Shown here: positions 28,454 through 40,317 of the stretch, piece by piece
Numbering within the stretch: position 1 is the first letter of the stretch
How the letters are laid out: each line of letters begins with the position of its first letter
NCBI GenBank assembly: GCA_964016885.1
Contig: OZ024741.1
Location: 188,108,001 to 188,172,000, forward strand
Direction of reading: 5' to 3'
Origin: Eledone cirrhosa
Taxonomy: Eukaryota
DNA: 64,000 nt
The notes under the pieces: generated by a model
Told to the model about the DNA's origin: nothing
Database searches by the model: none
The model's input: only the letters and a program-made list of their open reading frames with translations
Position numbers and translations under genes: made by a program

Positions 28454-28870
28454 CATACATACATACATACATACATGCATGCATGCAGGCATGCATATGT
28501 GTGTGGTATGTGTATGTTATGAAATGTAGGCTCTATTTCAAACCGCTCATTAATTATTTTAGTAACCAGCGCTAAATACATCATTTATGTATGTATTATG
28601 GGTATATACATATATATATACATGTAACTGTGGTGTACATATAAGAGAACAGATAAAAAGACTAAGGGTTGATAAGTGTAGACCTCCTCCATGCCAGCTA
28701 GCCCATCTCCACACCCTAGACTGGACTTTATATAAGTACAGCTAAAACGAAGTAAATGTAATCTGAGTTTTTCGAATATTAATAATAATATTCGATTCGT
28801 TTGCGATTATGCCAACAGCCTCATTTTTAAAGCCATATCAGTAGAATAAGCCCCTCATGCTTGCTCTTGT

Positions 28871-28951
28871 GTTGGCATGTAAACAGAACTGCAGACAGTA
28901 ATGTTTCTGGGTATCACCCTTCATCAGTACATTCACTGTTCACCTGCCAAC
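28871..28951 (-). ncRNA. Type I hammerhead with extended stem I
   Basis: GTTGGCA-GG-TGAACAG-TGAA-TGTA-CTGATGA-AGGGTGATACCCA-GAAACA-TTAC-TGT-C-TGCA-GTT-CTGTTTA-CA-TGCCAAC. Confidence 0.85.
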
Positions 28952-29422
28952 TGTTAGAGCTAGTGAAAATATATGATATTTTTTTATTTATCCTTTTATC
29001 TATTAAAACGAAGTAGATATTCTCGTATGTTTCAAAACTGATTTAATCATTGGACAATGCCGGAGCACTTCTTTTCGTTTTATTTTAATTTATTTCATCT
29101 CATTTTTAACCTCCGACATCCAAATTTATTTTGTATGTCAATACTTTCACAATCTTGTCTGCGGGTGCAGCTGAGATATCCCTTCCTCCTTTTCCCATTA
29201 TCTAATCTATTTTTTTCTCTTCCTATTTATTATGTGAAATATTTCATGCTTATGTAAATAAAATTCCTCTTTTACATCTAAAAAAAAAAAAAGCTTGAAG
29301 AGTAAATATATTCATTTGATTAAAACACGAAGTTAGAAATTGAACCAATTAGACAACTTGTTTAAAACTATTTTTTCAAAACATCTCTAAATCTCAAATG
29401 CATTATCATTGCATTATTTTAA

Positions 29423-31100
29423 TGGCGGTGATTTAGCAGTATCGGTAGAAGGTCGGACGCCATGCTTTCCAACATAGTTACGTCCTTTTACGATCTGAGT
29501 TCAAATCCCGTCGAGGTTAACTTTGCCTTTCATCCTTACGGGGTCGATAAAATAAAGTACCAGTGATGCACTGGGTGATTGCTGGCCTTGTGCCAAACGT
29601 AGAAACAATTATTTTAATGTTATTTTGCTTTGCAGAATAGAGTTACGGCCCTTTACGTTCTGAGTTCAAATCCCGCCGAGGTTAACTTTGCCTTTCATCC
29701 TTACGGGGGTCGATAAAATAAAGTACCAGTCACGCACTGAGATTGATTTAATCGACTTTCCCCCCCCCCCCAAATTGCTGGCCTTGTGCCTATATAAGAA
29801 ACCATTATTTAATGCTATTTATTTAATGCTATATGGAGATGGATTGGCATTATCGGTAGAGGGATGGACGTCATGCTTAGCAGCATAGAGTTACGGCCCT
29901 TTGCGTTCCTTTACGATACAAATCCCGCCGAGGTTGACTTTGCCTTTCATCCTTACGGGGTCGATAAAATAAAGTACCAGTAACGCACTGGGATAATTGC
30001 TGGTCTTGTGCCAAAAGTAGAAACAATTCTTTTAATGCTATTTGTGGGCGATGGGTTGGCATTATCTGTAGAGGATCGGACAACATGGTTTGTGGCATAT
30101 ATTTACAGCCTTTTACATTCTGAGTTCAAATCCCGCCGAGGTTAACTTTGCCTTTCATCCTTACGAGGTCGGTAACGTACTGGGTCAGTTTAATCGACTT
30201 TCCCCTCCCACAAAAATTGTTGGCTTTGTGCCTAAATCAGAAACTATTATTTTACCACTATTTAGGGCGGTGGATTGGCAGTATCGGTAGAGGTTCGGAC
30301 GCCATGCTTTGCAGCATAGAGCTACGGCCCTTTATGATCTGAGTTCAAATTCCGCCGAGGTTAACTTTGCCTTTCATCCTTACGCGGTCGATAAAATAAA
30401 GTACCAGTCACGCACTGGGTCGATTTAATCGACTTTCCCCTGCCCCAAAATTGCAGGCCTTGTGCCTATATAAGAAACCATTATTTTACCACTATTTAAG
30501 GTGGTGGACTGCCGAAGTCGTTAGAACGTTGTAGAAATGTGTAGCAGTATCTGTTCCGGATTTTTACGTTCTGGTTTCAAATGCCGCCGAGGTCAAATTA
30601 GCCTTTCATCATTCCGAAGTCGATAAAATAAAGTACCAGGCAAGCACCGGCCTTGTGCCAAAATTAGAAATCATTATTGGCAGTATAGGTAGAGCGTCAG
30701 ACAGTATGCTTTGCTGCAGAGAGTTACAGCCCTTTACGATCTGAGTTGAAATCCCGCCGAGGTTAACTTTGCCTTTCATCCTTACGGGATCGATTTAATC
30801 GAGTTTCCCTCCTTTTCAAATTGCTGGCCTTCTGCCTATAATAGAAATAATTATTATTGCATTATCATTACATCAAGCACACTGATTCTAACTGATCTGG
30901 CAGTTTCGAACCTAAATGATTTATAATGGTTTCTTATATAGGCACAAGGCTATCAAATTTGGGGGAGGGAAAAATCGATTAAAACGACTCCAGTGCGTTA
31001 ACCTCGGCGGGATTTGAACTCAGATCATAAAGAGCCGTAACTCTATGCTGCAAAGCATGGCGTCCGACCCTCTACCGATACTGCCAATCCACCGCCCTTA
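29423..31100 (+). mobile_element. Head-to-tail cluster of ~7 S1 SINEs plus one antisense copy (30925-31100)
   Basis: Seven successive tcaaatcc(c)gccgaggt...gccttgtgcc..agaaac units separated by short attttaatg / attttaccactattta spacers. Confidence 0.9.
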
Positions 31101-32633
31101 AATGATTTATAATACAACTCATCAACTCTAATGCTCACTACACTTAATGTATAATCCTGAAGTAACAGTGCATGGCTTAATAGTCGAGGTGTTCGACTCT
31201 GATCATAACATCGTGATTTCTATTCCCGAGTCTAGTCAATTCAGCTGGCACAAACGGCCAGCCTTGCCACGGACTGTCATCCTGTACCGTCCTGAGAACT
31301 ACGTTAAAGATGCCTGCATCAGTAGAATGCTCAGCCACTTGCACGTTAATATCACAAGCAGGCTATTTTGTTATTCGATCAACTGGAATACTCGTCGTCT
31401 GAACTGATAGAGGTCCATCAACAATAACAACAAAAAAATCCTAAAGAAAAATTGAAGATCATAGCGTATTGAACAATTTTGAAAATGTTTGTAACTGTAG
31501 GTTAAAATACTTTAGATGATTTTTACAGCCAATTAAAGACATTCATCAAAGACATTTAATATATAGTAGACAAAAGATACTTCTAAAATGTCCAGCAAAT
31601 GTGATAGAAAGAGGAGCTAAAAACTTGAAAAAGCCGAAGGTAATCTAAATTTAATTAAAATAAATTAAATTATATTAAATAAAATAATAATCATTACATA
31701 ATTTCGAATATTCAGGGAATATCTAACACTTATAACAATAGAGTCATTTGAATATCTAAATTATTTATAAATGTAACTACAAGTATGTTATTACACTAGA
31801 TAAACATATTTGTACAACTATATAGAGAGAGTATTATAGGTATTAATGAGACGATATACATTTAATAAGTAAATAATTATAATCATTATTAGTAATGCTA
31901 TAATTGTAGTTTTACCTCCAGTTCAGTGGAGAGAGAGACCAATATTTGTCGACTAGTATGGTTTGTTATATTTATACCTAGATATATATAAAAATATATA
32001 AGTACAAATCTAACTTTCTGAGTCCCCAAAACATACCCAAAATGAGTAAAATATGCAAATGCATGAATGATCTACAGTTCAATTATAACCGGTAATTTTA
32101 CAAGTTAAATATCCAAATTATATATTTAGAACAGAGACAGATAAATAAAGATCCGAATCTAAATTATAAATATCTAAAATAATCCTAAGGTGTGCAAGTA
32201 AACAAGTTCCCAAATAATATGTTTATATACCTAAACAGGATCATTCATTCTAACATTAATTCTATCATAAATGATTAGAAAATAAAGTATTATTAAAGTT
32301 TTATAAACTGTTATGACTTTTTAGGTTGATAAGAGACGTTAAAAATTAAAGCCTGTTTGTTTAGTGTTTTTTCCTGACTTTTTGCGAGGCTTGGAATGTA
32401 GACAAAGCTTTATGAAGGCAGTTTGAGAATAATTCACTTTTTTTGTTAATTAAGTTTTCATAATTAGTAATTATTAATAGGGTCTCCTTTGTGCAGAGGT
32501 TGCACTTAGTAAAATATACTAGAACTCGCCTATATCAACTATTACAAAGCTTTGTCCAAAAAATCGAGTATTTTAAATTTTTGTCTTTTAATGTTTAACT
32601 TTTAAATAAATATATATATATATATATATATAT

Positions 32634-32828
32634 AACGAAGGAAATGTGGTAAGGAACCAGGTGGACCATAACGCACCAAAGTACTCAATACTTAGGATAG
32701 TAGAGTGGGTAATAGGAACGAGTAGGACCCCAACAGCTGAGCTCAAGCCGTTTCGACGGCTAATTCTGGACGCGAATTAGCCGTCGAAACGGCTTGAGCT
32801 CAGCCGTCGGGGTCCTACTCGTTCCTAT
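32634..32828. mobile_element. Hammerhead family B fold-back element
   Basis: ~55-bp near-perfect inverted arms; each carries a hammerhead 3' half GAA-ACGGCT-TGAGCTC-AGCCGT-C-GGGGTC; flanked by (TA)n. Confidence 0.8.
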
Positions 32829-33063
32829 ATATATATTGTCTTTTAATGTTTCATTTTTAAATATATATATATATAAATGGAAAAGAATGAAACGAAATTT
32901 CATTTCCCACTCTTAGTACGGTTGATACCTAAATATAAGTATGTATACGTACATACATATATGTGTACAGACGTACAGTAGTATGTATATATATACATAC
33001 ATGCACACATATATATATGTACGTATGGGTTTACTGAACATTTATTATAATGTTCGGTTTGTT

Positions 33064-33150
<87 letters not shown>

Positions 33151-33323
33151 GTGTGTGTGTGTGACCCGTAGTAGACAACTGACGGAGGGAAACTGTCCAT
33201 CTCTTGTTTGTGTCGCCTTACTTTCTAACCCTATATAAATATATATCTATTTCGCGCGCAATGAGGTCGGACTAATACCATAAAGCATTCTATCCGACGT
33301 CTTAACTCTGTCAATTCACCGCC

Positions 33324-34152
33324 TATAGTATATATAGATTATATATACTATAGTATATATATAGATTATATATACTATAGTATAATATAGATTATATATA
33401 CTATAGTATATATAGATTATATATACTATAGTATATATATAGATTATATATACTATAGTATATATAATCTATATATACTATAGTATATATAGATTATATA
33501 TACTATAGTATATATAATCTATATATACTATAGTATATATAATCTATATATACTATAGTATATATAGATTATATATACTATAGTATATATAGATTATATA
33601 TACTATAGTATATATAGATTATATATACTATAGTATATATAGATTATAAATACTATAGTATATATAATCTATATATACTATAGTATATATAGATTATATA
33701 TACTATAGTATATATAATCTATATATACTATAGTATATATAGATTATATATACTATAGTATATATAGATTATATATACTATAGTATATATAGATTATATA
33801 TACTATAGTATATATAGATTATATATACTATAGTATATATAGATTATATATACTATAGTATATATAATCTATATATACTATAGTATATATAGATTATATA
33901 TACTATAGTATATATAGATTATATATACTATAGTATATATAGATTATATATACTATAGTATATATAGATTATATATACTATAGTATATATAATCTATATA
34001 TACTATAGTATATATAGATTATATATACTATAGTATATATAGATTATATATACTATAGTATATATAGATTATATATACTATAGTATATATAGATTATATA
34101 TACTATAGTATATATAGATTATATATACTATAGTATATATAGATTATATATA
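33324..34152. repeat. 25-bp quasi-palindromic tandem repeat, 33 units, spacer in two orientations
   Basis: Unit TAGTATATAT-AGATT-ATATATACTA (26 units) or TAGTATATAT-AATCT-ATATATACTA (7 units), which are exact reverse complements. Confidence 0.95.
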
Positions 34153-34624
34153 GGAATGTAAATGTTAAAGGGTTAAATACCATCAATAATAGTTAAAGTA
34201 ACAAAATCAATAATATCTTATGTCATTTATCAATTAACAATATATAACTTGTACATAATTGTTTCTACTTTTGGCACAAGGCCAGCAATTATTCCAGTAC
34301 ATTACTGGTACTTTATTTTATCGACCCCGTAAGGATGAAAGGCAAAGTAAACCTCGGCGGGAATTGAACTCAGATCGTAAAGGGACGTAACTATGCTGGA
34401 AAGCATATCCTACCCTCCACCGATACTGCCAATTCACCGTACATAATGACATCACAACATAATGCCGTTCGTTATCTGTGCGGAGGGGGGGGGGGGGGCG
34501 AATCAAGTTTTATTCGATATTTTAAATAAAACAATGAAACAAAACAAAACGATAAATCAATCATTTATTGAAGTTTTCCAGTGACTGTTTTCTGGAGAGA
34601 GAGAGTGTGTGTGTGTTTATGTTT

Positions 34625-35160
34625 GTGTGTATGTGTGTGGTTCTGTGTGAATGCGTGTGAGTGTGCGTGGGTGTGCATGTGTGTGTGTGTGTGAATGTGT
34701 GTAGTGGTGGGGGTGTTTGTGTGTGTGCGTGTGGTTCTGTGTGAATGCGTGTGTGTGTGTATGTGTGTGAATGTGTGTAGTGGTGGGGGTGTTTGTGTGT
34801 GTGCGTGTGGTTCTGTGTGAATGCGTGTGTGAGTGTGCGTGTGTGTGCATGTGCATGTGTGTGTGAATGTGTGTAGTGGTGGGGATGTTTGTGTGTGTGC
34901 GTGTGGTTCTGTGTGAATGCGTGTGTGTGTGTGTGTGTGAATGTGTGTAGTGGTGGGGGTGTTTGTGTGTGTGCGTGTGGTTCTGTGTGAATGCGTGTGT
35001 GAGTGTGCATGGGTGTGTGTGTGTGTGTGAATGTGTGTAGTGGTGGGGGTGTTTGTGTGTGTGCGTGTGGTTCTGTGTGGATGCGTGTGTGTGCATGTGT
35101 GTGTGTATGTATGTGTGTGAATGTGTGTGTAGGGTGGTGGTGTTTGTGTGTGTGCGTGTA
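34625..35160. repeat. TG-derived minisatellite, ~7 units of 65-90 bp
   Basis: Recurrent gtgaatgtgtgtagtggtgggggtgtttgtgtgtgtgcgtgtggttctgtgtgaatgc. Confidence 0.9.
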
Positions 35161-35249
35161 GGTAAATACTATGAAATAAGGAGTGACTATTTCCTAGCTG
35201 AGAGTAAAATATACTCCACAAAAATAAGTAAATACCTTCAATGAAGAAA

Positions 35250-35465
35250 TATTTTTATTGTAAAATATTCAAGTGTCTTTTGTGGTTATGAAAACGGAAA
35301 AGGAAGGGAAAGGCAAGGGAGTTCTAGGGTCACAGAAGATAAGGGAAGAGGAAGGGGGGGGGGGATTGGCTCTAGGCCTGGGGCGCGGTGGTACTGTGGC
35401 TGCGCCCCGCGGACAATGGCCAGCAACAGCAACCCCACCTCGCGGGGCTACTTCCTCAGATGAAA
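35250..35465 (-). mobile_element. GC-rich interspersed repeat, probably a LINE 3' end; homologue at 55160-55540 (+), related block at 35680-35930
   Basis: ctctaggcct(g/a)gggcgc(g/a)gtgg and ccgcggacaatggccagc shared in opposite orientation, each followed in the inferred sense direction by a pyrimidine tract and AATAAA. Confidence 0.55.
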
Positions 35466-38174
35466 TATCAATGACTAAGATTAAATGATTTAAAGGAACG
35501 TTCTTTCAATACTGAACATAGCCTTATCTAATGCTCCTTTTATAAATATTTTATTTTTCCAAATATAATTCATTAGTAGAGAAAAGCAATGAAGAATGAA
35601 ATGATGCTGAATGAAAACAAAAGCGATATATACAAACACACACACGCCGACCACAACTAAATATGGAATGATACGCGATGGGGCCCACCCACAGCCTCGG
35701 CGGTCAGAATGGAGAAGGCGTTTCCCCGGAGGACAGCTAGGGAGACGCGCTGGAAAAGCCACTCCAACTCGCGGGGCTCACACCTGCGGCTGGCCAGCTC
35801 AGCGCCTATGTTGGTGAATAGGGAGGTAGCCCAGAAGTCTCCACTGCCAGGGGTACAACCGCAAACCTGTCGGAGAGCGACCGGTATTTGAGGAGTTTAG
35901 CCTCCTCCGCCCGACGTGCAGCAGAACTTTAAAAATAGAGTGGTTTGATTTGAAAAAAATAAAAAACGTTATTTCAAAACTTGACATAGCGTGACATACA
36001 ATCTTTTAAAAGGTACTGTGAAACGATTTATAGAAAAGCTATTTCAATACTGGAATAACAATATCTAATGTTCTTTTTAAAATAAAAATTAGTGAAGTGA
36101 TTTGAGTCCCAGGCTCAACTGGCCCTTGCTGACAGTACCTGGAATGGGCTCCTATCCAGGGTTACGGATCCTCTACCCTTTGTTCATATTAGAAAGGAGG
36201 AGGGTGGAGTGCGAGGCTGGCAACTTTACATCAACTAATCAAAATTGTTATAGAAACGACGCGAGTCGCCCAATACTCCATAGGAAACAAAAGTAAAGAG
36301 GAAAGAAGCTATAGGTAAATATACGAAAAAAAATAGGTAATGTACCACCAGTTGTGAGTAAGCACTTATGGTTTACATATATTACAATGAAGCTTAAGGG
36401 TGGTGGATTGACACTATTGGTAGAGGGTCGGATGCCATGCTTTGCAGCATAGAGATACGGCCCTTTATAATTTGAGTTCAAATCCCGTCGAGGTTAACTT
36501 TGCCTTTCATCCTTACGGGCTCGATAAAATAAAGTGCCAGTAATACACTGGGGTAAATGCTGACCTTGTAGCAAAAGTAGAAACAATTATAATGAAGCTT
36601 AAGCGGTGGATTGGCAATATCGATAGAGCGTCGGACACCCTGCTTCGCGGCATATAGTTACGCCCCTTTACGTTCTAAGTGTAAATCTCGCCCAGGTTAG
36701 CTTTGCCTTTTATTTTTATGGTGTCGATAAAATAAAGTAAGTCATGCACTGGGGTCAATTTAATCGACCTGCCTCCCCTCAAAAAGTGTTGGCCTTGTGC
36801 CTAAATCAGAAACTATTATAATGAAGCTTAAGCTATTATATATTCCCCGAATATAGGTAAATATTTCCTAATTTAAGGTAAATAATCGCCATTTTTTCAC
36901 TGCACGAGTTGGAGTTGTTCAGATGTAAAAGGCAAGATACAAACGGCTGTCCGGTATACTTCTACAAAGAAGTGATTCGACATTTCATAGGCCTAATTAT
37001 CTACAAAAAAAAAAAACATACACACAAAGGCAACATAAAAACAGCGAAGGCGAGCGGCTTAGTGATTAGGGCGTTCCACTCACAATTGTAAATCATTCGA
37101 TCTCCGACTGCGCAGTGTATCCTTGCGCAGCACAATTTATTTCATGTTGCCCTGGTCCATAAAGGTGATAAAAATGACTTGTACCTAGAATTTAAAAGTC
37201 TAACCTTATCATACACTGTGCCATACTGAATCTCCCTGAGTGCCACTTCCACAATAATTTCACGAACAGGCTCTTTCATTGATCGAACAACCAAAATACT
37301 CTCCTTTGGAACCAAGAGAGACACAATACATAATAAAAAAAACAAAACCCGAATCTTCAGAGCATGATACAATACTTTAGCAGTATTTGTTCCGAAACCC
37401 TTCACTCAAGATGGTGTTCAGAATTGGAATTTCTTTGATTACAAGTCTGCTTGATCTAGCCTGACCTGGGGATAAACAACAGCAACACAATCTCTTCTTC
37501 TTCGCGTCTCCGACCTACCCTCTCTCAAATTACACTAGTTTCCTCCTAAAAATATCCACAAATATCCGCTTCTACAAAGTACCCTCAGATAATGCAGGTT
37601 CTAGGTTCCCTTCACACAGGAAAAAGACCGTATGGTCAAAGCAAGAAAGCCTTTAATCATATGTTTGTTCAATAAAGGCTGATCGGTGGGAGAGGGGGTG
37701 GCGTTAAACAACAACAACAACAACAACAACAATGACGACGACGACGCCGTCGACGACCAGAAGTAGAAAATCATCTGACCTCGAACTAACTTCATAAAAA
37801 AAACATCCGCAAACCATCTCTAGCTTTCACTTTCATCATCACCACTACCATCGTCCCCACAAATTCATTCAGTTACCCTAACGTCTCTGAGTGTAGTTGT
37901 GTACCCACTGAACTTCTTTCTATTTCACCTCGACACACTTATGTCAGCCGATGTCGCTACACAGGATCTGCTGTTTGTGGAGATGTCAGTAGTAAACACC
38001 AGACGTCAATGTATCTCTATCTGCACGGCTGCACAGTATTTTCAAAATTGTAGCGGATTGTGTTAGAAAGTATAACACAATATGAAAATATTTATACACA
38101 CACACACACATATATATATACACACACACACAGACGCACACACACACACATATATATACACACACACACAGACG

Positions 38175-38210
<36 letters not shown>

Positions 38211-38273
38211 CACATACACACATATATATATATAGAGAGAGGGGTGGGGGAGAAAGAGATAGATATATAGGAT

Positions 38274-38304
<31 letters not shown>

Positions 38305-38714
38305 CGCACACACACACATATATACACACACACACACAGACTCACACACACATATATATATATGTGTGTGTATATATATGTTTCAGAAGATCCTGTTAAG
38401 GGTGAATGCAGCGATTCTTTGCTTAAACTTTAATCTGTTATTTTAATAAATATATGTGTATATATATATATAGAGAGAGAGGGGGGGGGAGAAAGAGATA
38501 GATATATAGGATACACACACACACATATATATAAAGAGAGAGAGAGAGAGGAAGAGAGAAAAAGATAGATGATAGATGGATATAGAGAAAGACACTGGCT
38601 CAAATATGTGTGTGTGTATGTGTATGTGTATGCATGTGTGTCTGTATGTATGTGTCTGTCTGTCTGTATGTATATATATGTCTCTCTCTGTATGTATGTA
38701 TGTATGTATGTTTG

Positions 38715-39545
38715 TTTATCTCTTTCTCTTAATTTCGAGTACATTTTTTTTGACCGGCCACCTTCCTGGTGGCAAGGTTGTAAAAGAAAAGAAATTGTCA
38801 TCCCTTGAATCGCAAGAATGTTTTGAAAATTTTGAAGGTGCCAGCTATCGCAGCCATTTGTAGACTATGAATTAGGGAGCTGCGCTTTTTGTCCGCAAAT
38901 CCAAGTTCAGTCATACTTTGGTCCAAGCGGGTTGGTATATAACCCGTAGCTCCAATAATGATGGGTATGAAGCTAAAGGTGTATCTTGGATACTGGATTT
39001 GTAAACTCCTCATCAATGGTCCGTAGATGTCCTCCTTCTCCTGTATTTTTCTGACAACGTTTACACAAGTGGGCAGCTGATCTCCACAACAGAACACGTT
39101 TTCAATGTGTGGTCCCAAACAACAATATCAGGCCGGTTGTGCTTTAATTTGGTGGCAGTTTTTATTTTCAGGTTCCACCAGTATTCCTTAGTGCCATCTG
39201 TCTCAATATATTCTTCCTCGTTTGTTGTTAATTTTGTTTTCCGAAGTGCGTTCCAGATGGTTCTAGCTATCCCATCGTGTCTCATGGGGAGGTAGTAGCG
39301 AGATGACATTCTTTCGCAGCTGGCAACAATGTGGCTTACATCCTCGATCTTTGTTTTACATAGCCTACATTTATTGTCAGCTGCTGGCCCTCCTCTTTTG
39401 TGCAGCAGATATTTGATAGGGAGTTCTTGTTCCTGTATTGCATAGAGATATCCCTCAAGGTGTGATGTCATAAACTTGTCGGAACTCCATGCCAGGCTTT
39501 TTGAGTGGTTTATCCCCTCTATGGTCTGTGTTTTACGCCTCAAGT
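38715..39545 (-). pseudogene. Second RLE-1 copy (CCHC + RLE + 3' UTR), flanked by (CATA)n on its sense strand
   Basis: Protein almost identical to 11315-12029 and continues AGTFKIFKTFLRFKG* into a 3' UTR. Confidence 0.93.
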
Positions 39546-39596
39546 ATGTATGTATGTATGTATGTATGTATGTATGTATGTATGTATGTATGTATG

Positions 39597-39995
39597 TCAA
39601 GGCAGATTTCTAGGAGAAGGAAAACTCTGATATAACACCTGCAACCCTGATGGTATCCAATGATATTGACTTGTTCTTCTTTTTGGTAAATATCATTTTG
39701 GTTAAGAGAGTGGGACTGCCTTTGTGCAGTGCCTTTGCTCACTATAAAAGCTTCACGGCACAGGCATTGCTTTATATCTGGAGATCTCTCTGCACTTGTC
39801 GTCACATGGTACCATGGGCCTAGCACTATGTGTCAATAATTGTCACAAGTGTAGTGTTTGTACCAGAGTTTTCAAGTTGCTGGCTGGACTAAAAAGTCAC
39901 ACTCGTTCAGCGCATCGGTAGGGGTTCTCCTACATGGATATAAAGTAGTGGCCGTACTCGAAAACGAGTTGGCAGCCACCATGTATGTATGTATG
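39597..39995 (+). mobile_element. Bipartite non-autonomous RTE derivative (5' UTR-like piece fused to last zinc finger and 3' end)
   Basis: ctaggagaaggaaaactctgatataa...cacaggcattgc joined to HKCSVCTRVFKLLAGLKSHTRSAHR* and a 3' UTR nearly matching the reverse complement of 26858-27050, then (TATG)n. Confidence 0.8.
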
Positions 39996-40044
39996 TGTAC
40001 ATATAAACAAGGACTGACTTAAACGGAGAATTTGAATGGCCATA

Positions 40045-40300
40045 ATGATAATAGTCGATCACTGTATTACACAGGTAAAGTAATCCTGGAAACGGGAAAA
40101 GTGGACAGAGGCGCCTGTGAGGAATCAAAACCTGCAGCTCTTGGATGAGGAAATTTTGAAATTGTGTGCGTAGTGGTTATGCTTCGCTCGGCATCCGAGC
40201 GATGCAGAGTTCGATTCCTCGATAGCGCCTCTGTGCAATTTTTCCCGATTCCAGGGGTAACTTTATCCGATTTTCTCGACTGTTATTTTTAGTGGTAGAC
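40045..40300. mobile_element. Head-to-head inverted pair of a tRNA-headed element
   Basis: Plus arm gcgtagtggtta...gttcgattcctcgatagcgcctctgtgcaatttttcccgattccagg; minus arm gttttgattcctcacaggcgcctctgtccacttttcccgtttccagg. Confidence 0.6.
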
Positions 40301-40317
40301 TATTATTATTATTAACT

